Positions 44,752 through 59,795 of a stretch of DNA of 64,000 nucleotides are shown piece by piece; position 1 is the stretch's first letter; every line of letters starts with the position of its first letter. The notes beneath the pieces were generated by a model. That model ran no database searches, had not been told where the DNA came from, and saw nothing but the letters and a program-made list of their open reading frames with translations. This stretch comes from Eledone cirrhosa. Taxonomy: Eukaryota. The DNA lies in assembly GCA_964016885.1 (NCBI GenBank), contig OZ024750.1, positions 45,384,001 through 45,448,000 on the forward strand, read 5' to 3'. The position numbers and the translations under genes are program-made.

Positions 44752-45332
44752 CTGGTGGTATTGGTGGTGATAGTGGTGATGGTGGTGGTGAGGTTGGTCT
44801 TTGTCGTACTGGTGGTGACGGTGGTGATGGTGGTGGTAGGTGTGAGGCTGGTCTTTAGGGTACTGGTGGTGATGGTGGTGGTGGTGGTGATGGTGGTGAT
44901 GGTGGTGGTGAGGTTGGTCTTTGTGGTACTGGTGGTGATGGTGGTGGTGAGGTTGGTCTTTGTGGTACTGGTGGTGGTGGTAGTGGTGATAGTAGATGTG
45001 ATGTTGGTCTTTGTGGTACTGGTGGTGGTGGTGGTGATGGTAGTGGTGGGTGTGGGGGTGATGGTAGTGGAGGTGGTGGTATTGGTAGGGATGGTGGTGG
45101 TGGTTGGTGATAGTGCTGGTAGTGGTAGTGGTGAGTGTGTTGGTGGTGGTGATAGTGCTGGTAGTGGTGGGGGTGGGGTTGAGGGTGGGGGTGAGTGTGT
45201 TGGTGGTGGTGATAGTGCTGGTAGTGGTGCTGGTGGTGCTGGTGGTGCTGGTGGTGAGTGTGTTGGTGGAGGTGGAATGTGTGAACGTGTAATAATGAGT
45301 TAAGGTGCCGAGACGTGAATGAAATATGTGGT

Positions 45333-45401
<69 letters not shown>

Positions 45402-45532
45402 AAGAGAAAGAGAGAGAGAGAGAGAGAAAGAGCTGGATAAATAGATTGATATATTGAGAGAGTGAGTAAGAGAGAGAAAGTGAGAGAGAGCGAGAGAGAG
45501 AGACAGAGAGAGAGAGAAAGAGAGAGAGAGAT

Positions 45533-45609
<77 letters not shown>

Positions 45610-45719
45610 GGAGAAATATATTGATATATTGACAGTGAGAAAGTAAGAGAGAGAGAGCGACAGAGAGAGAGAGAGATGGAGAAGTAGATTGATATATTGA
45701 CAAAATATTAAAGCAAGAT

Positions 45720-45757
<38 letters not shown>

Positions 45758-45778
45758 TGAGAGAGAGAGAGAGAGAGG
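44752..45778. repeat. (GGT)n-derived tract (44752-45275) and (GA)n tract (45337-45778)
   Basis: Seen directly; internal units such as GAGGTTGGTCTTTGTGGTACTGGTGGT recur. Confidence 0.9.
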
Positions 45779-46543
45779 GGGGTGGCATAATCTACGTTCA
45801 ATCTAACAGTGTTTTATAAATGTTTATCAACTTTGACTAAAAGTCATTAAAAGTAATCAGTACTTTTGACATTTAACGAACACTCTGGCAAATACGAGGC
45901 GGGGGTGGGGGTGGGGTATAAGGTGGGAAATGTGTAGCAATGGATGAAGAAAAGAAAGAGAGACGTTAAGTAAGTGTTGAGGTAGGATTCGACTAGTTTA
46001 TCAGCTATATCTTCCAAATTATGTTAATTCGATGAACACAGCTTTAATACACCAGCTTTCTGCGCTTTCATTAAATAAACGAAGAAACGTTTGAACATAT
46101 GCAAGAGTGATCTGCCCGTGTTAAACACAATTAGTAAAATATAACATATAAAATACTGGCAAAATGAAAACAAATGTATATACTTACACATACACACGCA
46201 TACACACACATACACATGCACACACATACATACACTTACACTAAAAATATATATATATATATATATTATGTGTATACCTATGCACATACATATTTATATA
46301 TATATTTAAATACATATATATATATTATTTATATATATTATATATATTATATATATATATATTATTTATATATATATTATATATAAATTGTCATTCTGAG
46401 TTCAAATCCCGCCGAGGTTGACTTTGCCTTTCATTCTTATGGGGTCGATAAAATAAAGTACCAGTAATTCACTGGTAATTGCTGGCCTTGTCCAAAAGTA
46501 GAAACAATTATATGTATTTATATACATAGGTATATAAATACGT

Positions 46544-46655
<112 letters not shown>

Positions 46656-47647
46656 CTATATACGTTGTGTATGTGTATTTGTGAGTGTGTGTGTGTATTT
46701 GTGTATGTGTGTGTGTGTGCGTGCGTGTGTGCTTGTGTATGTGTGTGTATGTGTATATGTGTTTGTGTGTTTGTGTTTGTACATGTGTGTTTGTGTGTGT
46801 ATGTGTGTGTGTGTTTGTGTGTGCTCATATAACAGTTGAGTAAATATTTACTGCTTCAAGAGCAGTATTAATTTATAAAATCCACAATATATTATGTCCG
46901 TAACCCACACCAATACTATCTGTAGATATATTAGTGTACGGAAAATAAAAAAGGGTTTGTAATACTTTGAGTATTACAATTACTGTACTGTAATATATCT
47001 TTTAGCTAATGGTGAAAGAGGATGTGTAGTGAACAAGATTAACAGTGCTTAATCCTTTAACATTTGCATTACTCTATATATACTATTGTATTTTCATGGG
47101 AAAGGCTTTATCTCACATAATATCAAATCCATGAGATTTTGATGTTATTTATTTTGAGGACAATACCTTAACGTCAGTATGAGTGGCAAGTTACAGCTGG
47201 TTTCAACAGAAAGAGGTGAGAGAATTCTGGCCGGTTATTTTGATAAAGGGTTAAATCAGACATTTCCTCTTTAACGAAGCCCTCATGAAATTCGAAAATG
47301 GAATTGTGCGCAGAGATTGGATAGCTCCCTTGCTGCAAATATATGGTAAATTGGATGCGAGTGTAGAACATTTCCCTCTAGATTTAAGTAAGTTAACAGG
47401 GAAAAAGTCTCAGAATGGTGGGCACCGTATAATTTATTATTTCACTTTTCAGTTTCCAAAGTTTCCACTTTTTACGCCGTCACCTAACGGATATTATTGG
47501 AGACTGTTTCTTTATTTTCATATTTGTGTTATATATATTGGCTTTGTTATAATTATTTTCCTTTTCTATTTTTCTTTCCTGTAAATCAACACTGTGTCCT
47601 CCTCTACTGTTCTCAAAAGCTCGTGTGGTCAATACATATATCATCAT

Positions 47648-48059
47648 ATTATCGGTAGAGGGTCGGACGCCTTGCTTTGCAGCAAAGAGTTACGGCCCTT
47701 TCCATTCTGAGTTCAAATCCCACGAAGGTTAACTTTGCCTTTCATCCTTACGCAGTCGATAAAATAAAGTACCAGTAATGCACTGATATGATGATTGCTG
47801 GCCTTGTGCCAAAAGTAGAAACAATTATTATTATTATTATTGGTATGGCGGTGGATTGGCAGTATCGGTAGAGGGTCGGACGCCATGCTTTTCCGCATAG
47901 AGTTACGGCCCTTTATGATCTGAGTTCAAATCCCGCCGAGGTTAACTTTGCCTTTCATCCTTACGGGATTGATAAAATAAAGTACCAGTCACGCACTGGG
48001 GTCAATTTTATCAACTTTCCCTTCCCCCAAAATTGCTGGCCTTGTGACTATATAAGCAA

Positions 48060-48093
<34 letters not shown>

Positions 48094-48642
48094 ATCCCGC
48101 CGAGGTTGACTTTGCCTTTCATCCTTACGGGGTCGATAAAATAAAGTACCAGTAATGCACTGGGTAATTGCTGGCTTTGTGCCTAAAGTAGAAACAATTA
48201 TTATTATTATTATTATTGAGAGAGGTGGATTGGCAATATCGGTAGAGCGTCGGACAACATGCTTTGTGGTATATAATTACGACCCTTTACGTTCTGATTT
48301 CCGAGGTAGGCTTTAACTTTCATCCTTAAGTGGTCGTGAACATAAAGTACCTGTAATTAGGTTGATTAGATTGACTTGACTTTCTGTTTCCAGTCAAATT
48401 GCTGGCCTTGTGCTAGACGTAGAAACAATTGTTATTATTACTAAGATTAAAGCGATGGATTGGCAGTATCAGTAGAGGGTCGGACACCATGCTTTGAAGC
48501 AAAGAGTTACAGCCCTTTATGGTTTGAGTTCAAATCCTGCCGAGATTAACTTTGCCTTTCATCCTTACGGGGTCGATAAAATAAAGTACCTGTAATACAC
48601 TGAGATAATTGCTGGCCTTGTGCCAAAAAGTAGAAACAATTG
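47648..48642 (+). mobile_element. Head-to-tail cluster of five SINE family 1 copies
   Basis: Cores at ~47737, 47950, 48114, 48316 and 48554, separated by (ATT)n tails. A truncated copy also lies at 46393-46510. Confidence 0.9.
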
Positions 48643-48905
48643 ATACTAGGATTAAATATATAATTCTATATGCGGTAACATATATACATTTATTCAAGTA
48701 TTCAACTTATTTTGTCCTCTGTATGTTGTCGATGGGAAAAGCAAGGACCAATGTAGCTTGGCACCAGTGATATCGGAATTCATTTCTTCAGTTGAATGAA
48801 ATGGAGCAACCTATATTAAAGTGTGTTGCTCTAAAAAAAGAAAAAGAAAAACACGCTCAACACTCTAACTACTAAGCCACGCAACTTCACAAATTATATA
48901 ATATA

Positions 48906-49340
48906 ATGGTTTTCATTGACTTCAGGAAGGCTTTTGATTCTGTTGAACCTCATGGCCTGATAGATGATGTTACACGCTTATGGAGTCCCCGAGAAGATAG
49001 TGGACATGGTATCACTGCTTTACACCAACACTAGAGCCGAAATCATGACTTCTGACGGGATAACAGAGTTCTTTGAGATACTGGGTGGAGTGCTCCAAGG
49101 AGATTCATTGACTCCCTACATTTTTATCATCGCAGTGGACTATTGTATGTGCCTTGCATTGGAGAAACACAAGGTCCCGGCCTTTACTGCAGCATTGGCT
49201 CAGAGCAGGAGAGTTAAAGCTTAAAAAATATCAGATGCTAAATTTGCTGACGACAAAATTCTGGTGACAAACATAGTGAGGGAGGCAGAAGAGTTGATGC
49301 AGGAGGTGGAGGTGGAGGATTGAGAATGAACGAGAGAAAG
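48906..49340 (+). pseudogene. Decayed RTE-type LINE reverse transcriptase fragment
   Basis: VFIDFRKAFDSV, frameshift, LHAYGVPEKIV..GVLQGDSLTPYIFIIAVD, stop, KFADD, frameshift, GLRMN: non-LTR RT motifs in order. Confidence 0.9.
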
Positions 49341-49454
49341 TATCTGGGAGAGATTAAAAAGCGAGAGATTATGAATGAAGGCGATAGAGCATTAGGCAAA
49401 TAGAGTATTGTTCCAATGCGTTGTAATTTTGAATTAATAGGAGTCATATAATGA

Positions 49455-50683
49455 TGTTAATACATATGTGTATATATGGTCCGTATGTTAATACATATAT
49501 GTATATATGGTCCGTATGTTAATACATATGTGTATATATGGTCCTGTATGTTAATACATATGTGTATATATGGTCCTGTATGTTAATACATATTGGTATA
49601 TATGGTCCTGTATGTTAATACATATATGTATGTATGGTCCGTATGTTAATACATATGTGTATATATGGTCCTGTATGTTAATACATATGTGTATATATGG
49701 TCCTGTATGTTAATACATATATGTATGTATGGTCCGTATGTTAATACATATATGTATGTATGGTCCGTATGTTAATACATGTGTGTATATATGGTCCTGT
49801 ATGTTAATATATATGTGTATATATGATCCTGTATGTTAGTACATATGTGTATATATGGTCCTGTATGTTAATATATATGTGTATATATGGTCCTGTATGT
49901 TAATACATATATGTATGGTCCGTATGTTAATACATATGTGTATATATGGTCCTGTATGTTAATACATATGTGTATATATGGTCCGTATGTTAATACATAT
50001 GTGTATATATGGTCCTGTATGTTAATACATATGTGTATATATGGTCCTGTATGTTAATACATATGTGTATATATGGTCCTGTATGTTAATACATATATGT
50101 ATGTATGGTCCGTATGTTAATACATATGTGTATATATGGTCCTGTATGTTAATACATATGTGTATATATGGTCCTGTATGTTAATACATATGTGTATATA
50201 TGGTCCTGTATGTTAATACATATGTGTATACATGGTCCTGTGTGTTAATACATATGTGTATATATGGTCCTGTATGTTAATACATATATGCATGTATGGT
50301 CCGTATGTTAATACATATGTGTATATATGGTCCTGTATGTTAATACATATGTGTATATATGGTCCTGTATGTTAATACATATGTGTATATATGGTCCTGT
50401 ATGTTAATACATATGTGTATATATGGTCCGTATGTTAATACATATGTGTATACATGGTCCTGTGTGTTAATACATATGTGTATATATGGTCCTGTATGTT
50501 AATACATATGCGTATATATGGTCATGTATGTTAATACATATATGTATGTATGGTCCTGTATGTTAATATATATGTGTATACATGGTCCTGTGTGTTAATA
50601 CATATGTGTATATATGGTCCTGTATGTTAATACATATGCGTATATATGGTCATGTATGTTAATACATATATGTATGTATGGTC
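49455..50683. repeat. 31-32-bp minisatellite, ~39 copies
   Basis: Unit TATGTTAATACATATGTGTATATATGGTCC(T)G, with no unique spacers. Confidence 0.95.
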
Positions 50684-50734
50684 ACAGATAAACATAGAAG
50701 GTCAGAGAGGCGAAATGAGAAAGAGATATAAAGG

Positions 50735-50891
50735 AAGAATCAACACCAGTATTAGACTGGTACACTTTTTTGTCAACCTCGAAATGACGAAAGGCAAAGT
50801 TGACCTCAGCGGGATTGGAACTCAGAAATTAAAGAACCGCAACGAATTCTGAAAATAATTTTGTTCAACATTCTAACGACACTGACATTCT

Positions 50892-50923
<32 letters not shown>

Positions 50924-51297
50924 AAAAAGGTAATAATTGTTTCTACATTAGGCACAAGGCCAGCAATTACCCAGTGTCAACCTCGGCGGTATTTGAACTC
51001 AGATCGTAAAGGGACGCAACTATGCTGGAAAGCATGGCGTCCGACCCTCTACCGATACTGCCAATCCACCGCCATAAAAATGTAATAATTGTTTCTACAT
51101 TAGGCACAAGGCCAGCAATTTGAAGTGGAGGGGAACGTCGATTAAATTGACTCCACTGCATTACTGCTGCTTTATTTTATCGACCCCGTAAACATAAAAG
51201 GCAAAGCTACCCTCGGCAGGATTGGAACTCAGAGCGTAAAGAACCGCGAAAAATTCTGATAGTAATTGTGTTCAACATTCTAACGATTCAGGCATTC
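50735..51297 (-). mobile_element. Cluster of three SINE family 1 copies (one internally deleted)
   Basis: Reverse-complement cores and heads. ATAAAAA(G/T)GTAATAAT is duplicated around 50932-51073. Confidence 0.8.
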
Positions 51298-51299
51298 TC

Positions 51300-51338
<39 letters not shown>

Positions 51339-51355
51339 CAACCGTCATCATCTTT

Positions 51356-51389
<34 letters not shown>

Positions 51390-51466
51390 CAATCGTCATC
51401 ATCTTTATCATCATCACAATCGTCATCATCTTTATCATCATCATCATCACAATCGTCATCAACATT

Positions 51467-51504
<38 letters not shown>

Positions 51505-52326
51505 AAAAAAAGTGATAATAACAACATATAATGATGACAATAATAGTAATAATATTAATGATAATTTCCAACATTAAATAATACTAACAACAATAACAGT
51601 AATAAATAATGAACTGATTGATATAGTAGAATGTGATTCAAAGAAAATGAACGACATATACGAGCTTTTTTATGAACAAAGTGCATGACACGTCAAATAG
51701 CATTTTTTTTATTGATATTCAACGTTTGTGGTCCATACAATTTATTAATACATAGTTTTTCTCAGCAACACTTCTATCTGCCACTCTCTCACACGTCGCT
51801 TCTCGCTCTCACCATACTCACTCTTTTCATTCATTGAAATACTAGTTTTCTAAATTGTTTTTGCTTCACAGTTGACAGTTGAATATAATGAATCGAATGT
51901 ATTGTAAACACATCCTTGTTCGTCGTTTAGTATATATATACGTAGCTTCAATTACCTTTTAATTTTAAAGTGTCACAAATATGGCAAGACATTCATAATT
52001 GACACACTCAATCTGGATACAAATAGATGGAATGTTGCTGAATTGTCACTAATTTACACATTCATGTATGTGTATTTGTGGTGGTGTATATATATATATA
52101 CATACAGATATGCATACATACATACACACATATACATACACAGACACACACAGCCGCACACACACACATACATAGACACGCACACATACATGTATATATA
52201 TATATATGTGTGTGTGTATGTGATAAGTATTTCCGTAGAAAACGTAGAGGAAAGAAGCGTGCTCTATGAATTGTAGAGAGCCTATATAATTACACACACA
52301 CACACACACACACACATTTATATATA

Positions 52327-52625
<299 letters not shown>

Positions 52626-52948
52626 ATTCGAATAAACAGACAAGTGTATATGGGAGAAGAAATATTTTCTTTCAAGTATCTATATATTAAATATATACGT
52701 GCCTAGTTATACGCAACCAAACTCCGAGAGTAATTTAAATGATAATAACTGTAGTTGTTTTTGTTGGCCACCCGTACATTTAGATGTCAATCGAATGTTA
52801 TAGCGGACTCAATGGTATGTTTTCTTTAGTTTATATAGAATGTTAATGAAATTATATAAGTATTCGATCTGCCCTTGTTAATTGATTGTTTGTATGTATG
52901 TATGTTGGATGTTATGTATATATGTATGTACTTATCTATTTAAGTATG

Positions 52949-53010
<62 letters not shown>

Positions 53011-53015
<5 letters not shown>

Positions 53016-53374
53016 GATATTAACAAATGGAAACTATATTTATAAAACCATATTTATTTCATTATACATATTTCAAGGATACCAAGTTAAATTATGGTAT
53101 GCCTTCATCAGACAAAATACAACATATATCAGTTTTATAAATAAACATTGACGTACCCTTTCAAAATGTATATATATTGTATTTTGTCTGATGAAGGCAT
53201 ACCATAATTTAACTTGGTATCCTTGAAATAGGTGTAATGAAATAAATATGGTTTTATAAATATAGTTTCCATTTGTTAATATCGTATATCTACTCCAAAT
53301 ACTTGTCGAGTGCTTTATATCAGTTATAAAAATATTTGCTTGTTGTATCCCAACAATTTAAATAGAACTTTTGC
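53011..53374 (+). mobile_element. Palindromic family A element plus tail; intact hammerhead at 53056-53118(-)
   Basis: Arms ~53011-53128 and 53172-53288. ATTTTGT-CTGATGA-AGGCATACCA...TGGTATCCTT-GAAA-TATGTATA|ATGAAAT. Tail 53290-53374 followed by TA. Confidence 0.85.
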
Positions 53375-53648
53375 ATATATATATATATATGTATTTATGT
53401 ATGCATGTATGTATTTAAGTATGTATGTATTTATGTATATATGTATGTCTCCTTTTCGGGTAGTATTTCCGATGCTCAGAGAGTGGAATTGGTAGAGTGC
53501 AAGCCCTTTCCCCACTTAAAAAACTTCAAAGTACATTACCTGTTCAGGATATGTTACAGATTTGCGTGGTTTACCATCGCCTAAAAGTGCACGAAACGCT
53601 ATAATCTGTCAAGCGATTGCAATAGTCTTACCAGCGTTTGCAGCCATC

Positions 53649-53681
<33 letters not shown>

Positions 53682-53745
53682 TGTATGTATGTATGTATGT
53701 ATGTATGTATGTATGTATGTATGTATGTATGTATGTATGTATGTA

Positions 53746-54300
53746 TGGCCGGGTTGTTGGCGACTTGACTGGCAACCCCACCAATGTTTCTTGGTGAGGA
53801 GGGTGACTTTGGACATCCTGCGGGAATAAAAACAAAACCTGTCAAAGGGCAAAGGAGCTCTTAAGAGTCAATGCCCATCGAAAATCACCGGGAGAGATGA
53901 CCCCTTAGCGTTTGTCAAGGAAGAATTCTAGGAGAAGGAAAACTCTGATATAACACCTGCAACCCTGATGGTATCCAATGATGTTGACTTGTTGTTCGTT
54001 TTGGTAAATATCATCTTGGTTAAGAGAGTGGGACTGGCTTTGTGCAGTGCCTTTGCTCACTATAAAAGCTTCACGGCACAGGCATTGCTTTATATCTGGA
54101 GATCTCTCTGCACTTGTCGTCACATGGTACCATGGGCCCAGCACTATATGTCAATAATTGTCACAAGTGTAGTGTTTGTACCAGAGTTTTCAAGTCCCTG
54201 GCTGGACCAAAAAGTCACCCTCGTTCGGCGCATCGGTAGGGGTTCTCCTAAATGGATATAAAGTAGTGGCCGTACTCGAAAACGAGTTGGCAGCCACCAT
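53746..54300 (+). mobile_element. Non-coding element in (TATG)n, possibly RTE-LINE 5'-UTR-derived
   Basis: Second copy at 23665-24075. It contains CTAGGAGAAGGAAAACTCTGA, a motif I recall from RTE 5' regions (unverified). Confidence 0.45.
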
Positions 54301-54722
54301 GTAAGTATGTATGTATGAATTTATGTATACATGTATACATGTATGTAGGTACGGACATATTTAGGTATGGAAATATTCGGTTTGGTGTACGAGCGAATGG
54401 ATAGCCCACAGGGTTTTCTTGTTAGGATTTTAATAGAAGAAAAACTCTGATGTAAACATTGCAACACAATGTTGAACTGTTTTCTTTTTGTGATACACGT
54501 CATAGTTGTTCAGGGAGTGGGACTGGTTCAGTGCAAGGACTTTCTTCACTTCAAAAGCTTCAAATACAGGCATCAAATGATCTAAATGCAAATCTGTGTT
54601 GCGGTAGTATTGCCTTTACTCTCATCTTTTGCTGCAGCATACGCAAACAAGAATCTAAGTCTTAGGATGGGCTAAAATGTGATGTTCGTGCCAACCGAGA
54701 GGCAGCCAATTTTTATCAATGC

Positions 54723-54755
<33 letters not shown>

Positions 54756-54818
54756 TGTATGTATGTATGTATGTATGTATGTATGTAGGTAGGTATGGTC
54801 AACCTAGCCAGTCCGCCA

Positions 54819-54856
<38 letters not shown>

Positions 54857-55797
54857 AGGTGTATTATTGGTTCTGCCATACGGTTCAATAAACTTTTGTT
54901 AGCAATATTAAGTTCTCCACGCTTTTGTGTATCTCCAATTCCATTTATGGGAATAGCTTTTGTATATCTCCAATTCCATTTATGGGAACAGCTTTTTTAG
55001 ACGATACGGGTGTGTATATACCAAAACATACACTATTTACAATTCAATCGATACACGTATAGCAGAACATTGAACTGAATATACTTGCGTGTGTATAGGG
55101 CTCCAGTTTACATCGTCAAATTGAGATTTGACCAATATAACATTTCTTGTTTTGTAAACTAACTTTCGGTGAATACTATGTTGGTATATATATATTTTTT
55201 TTCTTCGACCTCGCGTCGGCGAGTGTTAGTGTGTGTGTACTCACTCACACTAACTGTGACCAACTGTAATTCTAAAGAGTTGATGTTGAGATTAGACCCG
55301 TTCAGCGCATTTTACAGCTATTGAGAGATAGAGATTTGATAGTTTTATAACCCTTAACTGAGGACGATAGCAGTCGGCGTGTTTTGGCTGCTTAATCTTC
55401 ATTGGAGGACAAACTCTAGTGAGTGAATATCGTTAAATTTGCTCCCTCATATCAAGGATTTGAAGACAATTCATTTTCATCTGACGTGAGCAGTGATAAT
55501 CGATCATGGCCGCACGATCGATCTATCTGTTATTGAAACATGTGTCGTGATTAAAATGATTGGAAATGTATACCATGCCTTCGGATCTTTATTTTGATAT
55601 ATATATATATAAAACAAAAAGTTATCGCTCTACAAGGCTGAATACAATAAAAGTATTCTGACAGTATTCTCTCTTCCCCCGCCCTCTTTATCTCTCTCTC
55701 TCTCTCTCACTGTGATAGTTGAATCTACTATGATTTGGGCTTAATTTATTCACATATATGTTTTGCATGTCAGATTCAAACTTACAATGATTGGCAT

Positions 55798-55828
<31 letters not shown>

Positions 55829-56047
55829 AAGAAGATCGACTTTCGTCAAATCGGACCGAGGGAACAATGTTTCCGTTGGCCTTTCCAATTGCTAATACTA
55901 TCTATCGGTCGCAACTCCAGGTAGAAGGAGCAACGTGAAATAAAGTGTCTTGCTCAAGGACATAACGCATCGCCTGGTCCAGGAATCGAACTCACAACCT
56001 TACGATTGCGAATCCTATTCTCTAACAACTCAGCCACACGCCTTCAC

Positions 56048-56100
<53 letters not shown>

Positions 56101-56108
<8 letters not shown>

Positions 56109-56155
56109 AGTGTATTCATACATACATGGATGCATACATACATACACACACAGAG

Positions 56156-56187
<32 letters not shown>

Positions 56188-56306
56188 ACATACACACATA
56201 CACACACACATATATATATGTGTGCGTATGTGTGTGTATGTGTGTGTGTGTCTCTGTGTGTGTATGTATGTATGCATCCATGTATGTATGAATACACTCA
56301 CACACA
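56101..56306. repeat. Fold-back inversion of low-complexity sequence
   Basis: TGTGTGTGAGTGTATTCATACATACATGGATGCATAC...CAGAGACAC is mirrored exactly on the far side of a CA/TA/TG centre. Confidence 0.85.
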
Positions 56307-56423
56307 AACACACCCATATATAGGGATTTTTGGCGAATAACGAAAATATATTCTTCATCATTTTCACTCCCTCCTCCTCCTTCTTTTTCACATTATTATT
56401 ATTATTAAGAATAATGTGAATAG

Positions 56424-56932
56424 ACGGTGGATTGGCAGTATTGATAGAGGGTCGGACGCCATGCTTTGAGGCATAGAGTTACGGTCCTTGCCATCCTGAG
56501 TTCAAATCTCGCCGAGGTTAACTTTGCCTTTCATCCTTACGGGGTCGATAAAATTAAGTACCAGTAATACACTGGTTAATTGCTGGCCTAGTGCCTAAAG
56601 TAGAAACAATTATTATTAATAATAGTATGGTGGATTGACAGTATCGATAGAGAGTCGGACAGCATGCTTTACAGCATAGAGTTACTACACTTTACGTTTG
56701 AGTTCAAATCCCACCGAGGGTAGCTTTGCCTTTCATCCTTATGGAGTCGATAAAATAAAGCACCAGTAATGCACTGGTTCGACTTAATCGACTTTCCCCT
56801 CCCCCAAATTGCAGGTGTTGTGCCTATAGTAGAAATCATTATTAAAGTACCAGTAATACACTGGGGTTGATTTAATCAACTTTCCCCTCTCCTCAAATTG
56901 CTGGCCTTGTGCCTATAGTAGAAATCATTAAT
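56424..56932 (+). mobile_element. SINE family 1 cluster (two full copies plus a duplicated 3' part)
   Basis: Cores at ~56526 and 56728. More diverged copies lie at 16225-16445(+), 44490-44640(-), 61783-61940(+), 62540-62700(-) and 63500-63630(-). Confidence 0.85.
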
Positions 56933-56969
56933 ATCATAATAAGATACAACATTTATACCCATCAGTATG

Positions 56970-59795
56970 TTCAACACCGTCACCACCACCACCAGCACTA
57001 CCACCACCACCACTACCACGAACACCACCACCACAACCATAACCAACAACCCCACCACCACAACAACAAGAACCACCACCACTACCGCATCCATAACCAA
57101 CCCCACCACCACCATCACCACCGCAGCCACCATCACTACAACCATCACCACCACCACCACCACCAACAACAACAAAACCACCACCACTACCACGAATACC
57201 ACCACCACATCCATAACCAACAGCATCAGCATCACCACCACCACTACAACCTCCACCACCACCACCACCACCACCACCACCGCCATTCCAACCACCACCA
57301 CCACCGCCATTCCAACCACCACCACCACATCCATAACCAACACCACCACCATCAACACCGCAGCCACCATCACTACAACCAGCACCACCACCACCACTAC
57401 AACCACCACCACCACCGCAGCCACCACCATCACCACCGCAGCCACCATCAATACAACCAGCACCATCACCACCACCACCACCACCACCACTACCACCACC
57501 AACACCACCACCACAGCCACCATCACTACAACCAGCCCCACCACCACCACCACTACAACCACCACCACCACCACCACTACCACCATCACCACCACCAACA
57601 CCACCATCACTACAAACAGCACCATCACCACCGCAGCCACCATCACTACAACCATCACCACCACCACCACCACCACCACCACCACCACCACCACCACCAC
57701 CACCACCACCACCGCTACCACCACCGGCACCACCACCACCAACACCGCAGCCACCATCACTACAACCAGTACCACCACCACCACCACTACCATCACCACC
57801 ACCACCATCACCACCACCACCACCACCACCATCACCACCACCACCACTACAACCACCACCACCACCACCACCACTACAACCACCACCACCGCCACCACCA
57901 CCACCACCACCACCACCACTACAGCCACCACCACCACCACTACAACCACCGCTACCACCACCACCACCACCACCACCACCACCACCACTACAACCACCGC
58001 TACCACCACCACCACCACCACCACTACAACCACCACTACCACCACCACTACAACCACCACCACCACCACTACAACCAACACCACCACCACCACCACCACC
58101 ACTACCACCACCACCACCACCACCACCACCACCGCAGCCACCATCACTACAACAACCACTACCACCACCACTACAACCACCACTACTACCACCACTACAA
58201 CCACCACCACCGCCACCACCACCACCACCACCACCACTACAGCCACCACTACAACCACCGCTACCACCACCACCACCACCACCACCACCACCACCACTAC
58301 AACCACCACTACCACCACCACTACAACCACCACCACCACCACCACCACCACCGCTACCATCACCACCACCACCACCACCAACACCGCAGCCACCATCACT
58401 ACAACCAGTACCACCACCACCACCACTACCATCACCACCACCACCATCACCACCACCACCACCACCACCATCACCACCACCATCACTACAACCACCACCA
58501 CCACCACCACCACTACAACCACCACCACCGCCACCACCACCACCACCACCACCACTACAGCCACCACCACCACCACTACAACCACCGCTACCACCACCAC
58601 CACCACCACCACCACCATCACTACAACCACCACTACCACCACCACTACAACCACCACCACCACCACTACAACCAACACCACCACCACCACTACAACCACC
58701 ACCACCACCGCAGCCACCACCATCACCACCGCAGCCACCATCAATACAACCAGCACCATCACCACCACCACCACCACCACCACTACCGCCACCAACACCA
58801 CCACCACAGCCACCATCACTACAACCAGCCCCACCACCACCACCACTACAACCACCACCACCACCACCACTACCACCATCACCACCACCACCACCAACAC
58901 CACCATCACTACAAACAGCACCATCACCACCGCAGCCACCATCACTACAACCATCACCACCACCACCACCACCACCACCACCACCACCACCACCACCACC
59001 ACCACCACCGCTACCACCACCACCACCACCACCACCAACACCGCAGCCACCATCACTACAACCAGTACCACCACCACCACCACTACCATCACCACCACCA
59101 CCATCACCACCACCACCACCACCACCATCACCACCACCATCACTACAACCACCACCACCACCACCACCACTACAACCACCACCACCGCCACCACCACCAC
59201 CACCACCACCACTACAGCCACCACCACCACCACCACCACCACCGCTACCATCACCACCACCACCACCACCAACACCGCAGCCACCATCACTACAACCAGT
59301 ACCACCACCACCACCACTACCATCACCACCACCACCATCACCACCACCACCACCACCACCATCACCACCACCATCACCACCACCACCATCACCACCACCA
59401 CCACCACCACCATCACCACCACCATCACTACAACCACCACCACCACCACCACCACTACAACCACCACCACCGCCACCACCACCACCACCACCACCACTAC
59501 AGCCACCACCACCACCACTACAACCACCGCTACCACCACCACCACTACAACCACCACTACCACCACCACTACAACCACCACCACCACCACTACAACCAAC
59601 ACCACCACCACCACCACCACCACCACCACCACCACCACAGCCACCATCACTACAACCATCACCACCACCACCACCACCACCACCATCACTACAACAACCA
59701 CCACCACCACCACCACCACCACCACCACTACAACCACCACCACCACCACCACCACCACCACCACCACCATCATCGTCATCATCCTCGTCATCATT
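56970..59795. repeat. 2.8-kb (ACC)n-derived tract with higher-order block duplications
   Basis: Rare variants (e.g. GCAGCCACCATCAATACAACCAGC at ~57438 and ~58731) recur in blocks. At least four frames are open. Confidence 0.9.

Noticed and set aside
49455-50683. CRISPR-like periodicity
   Set aside because: Contiguous tandem units without unique spacers, eukaryotic context and no cas genes.
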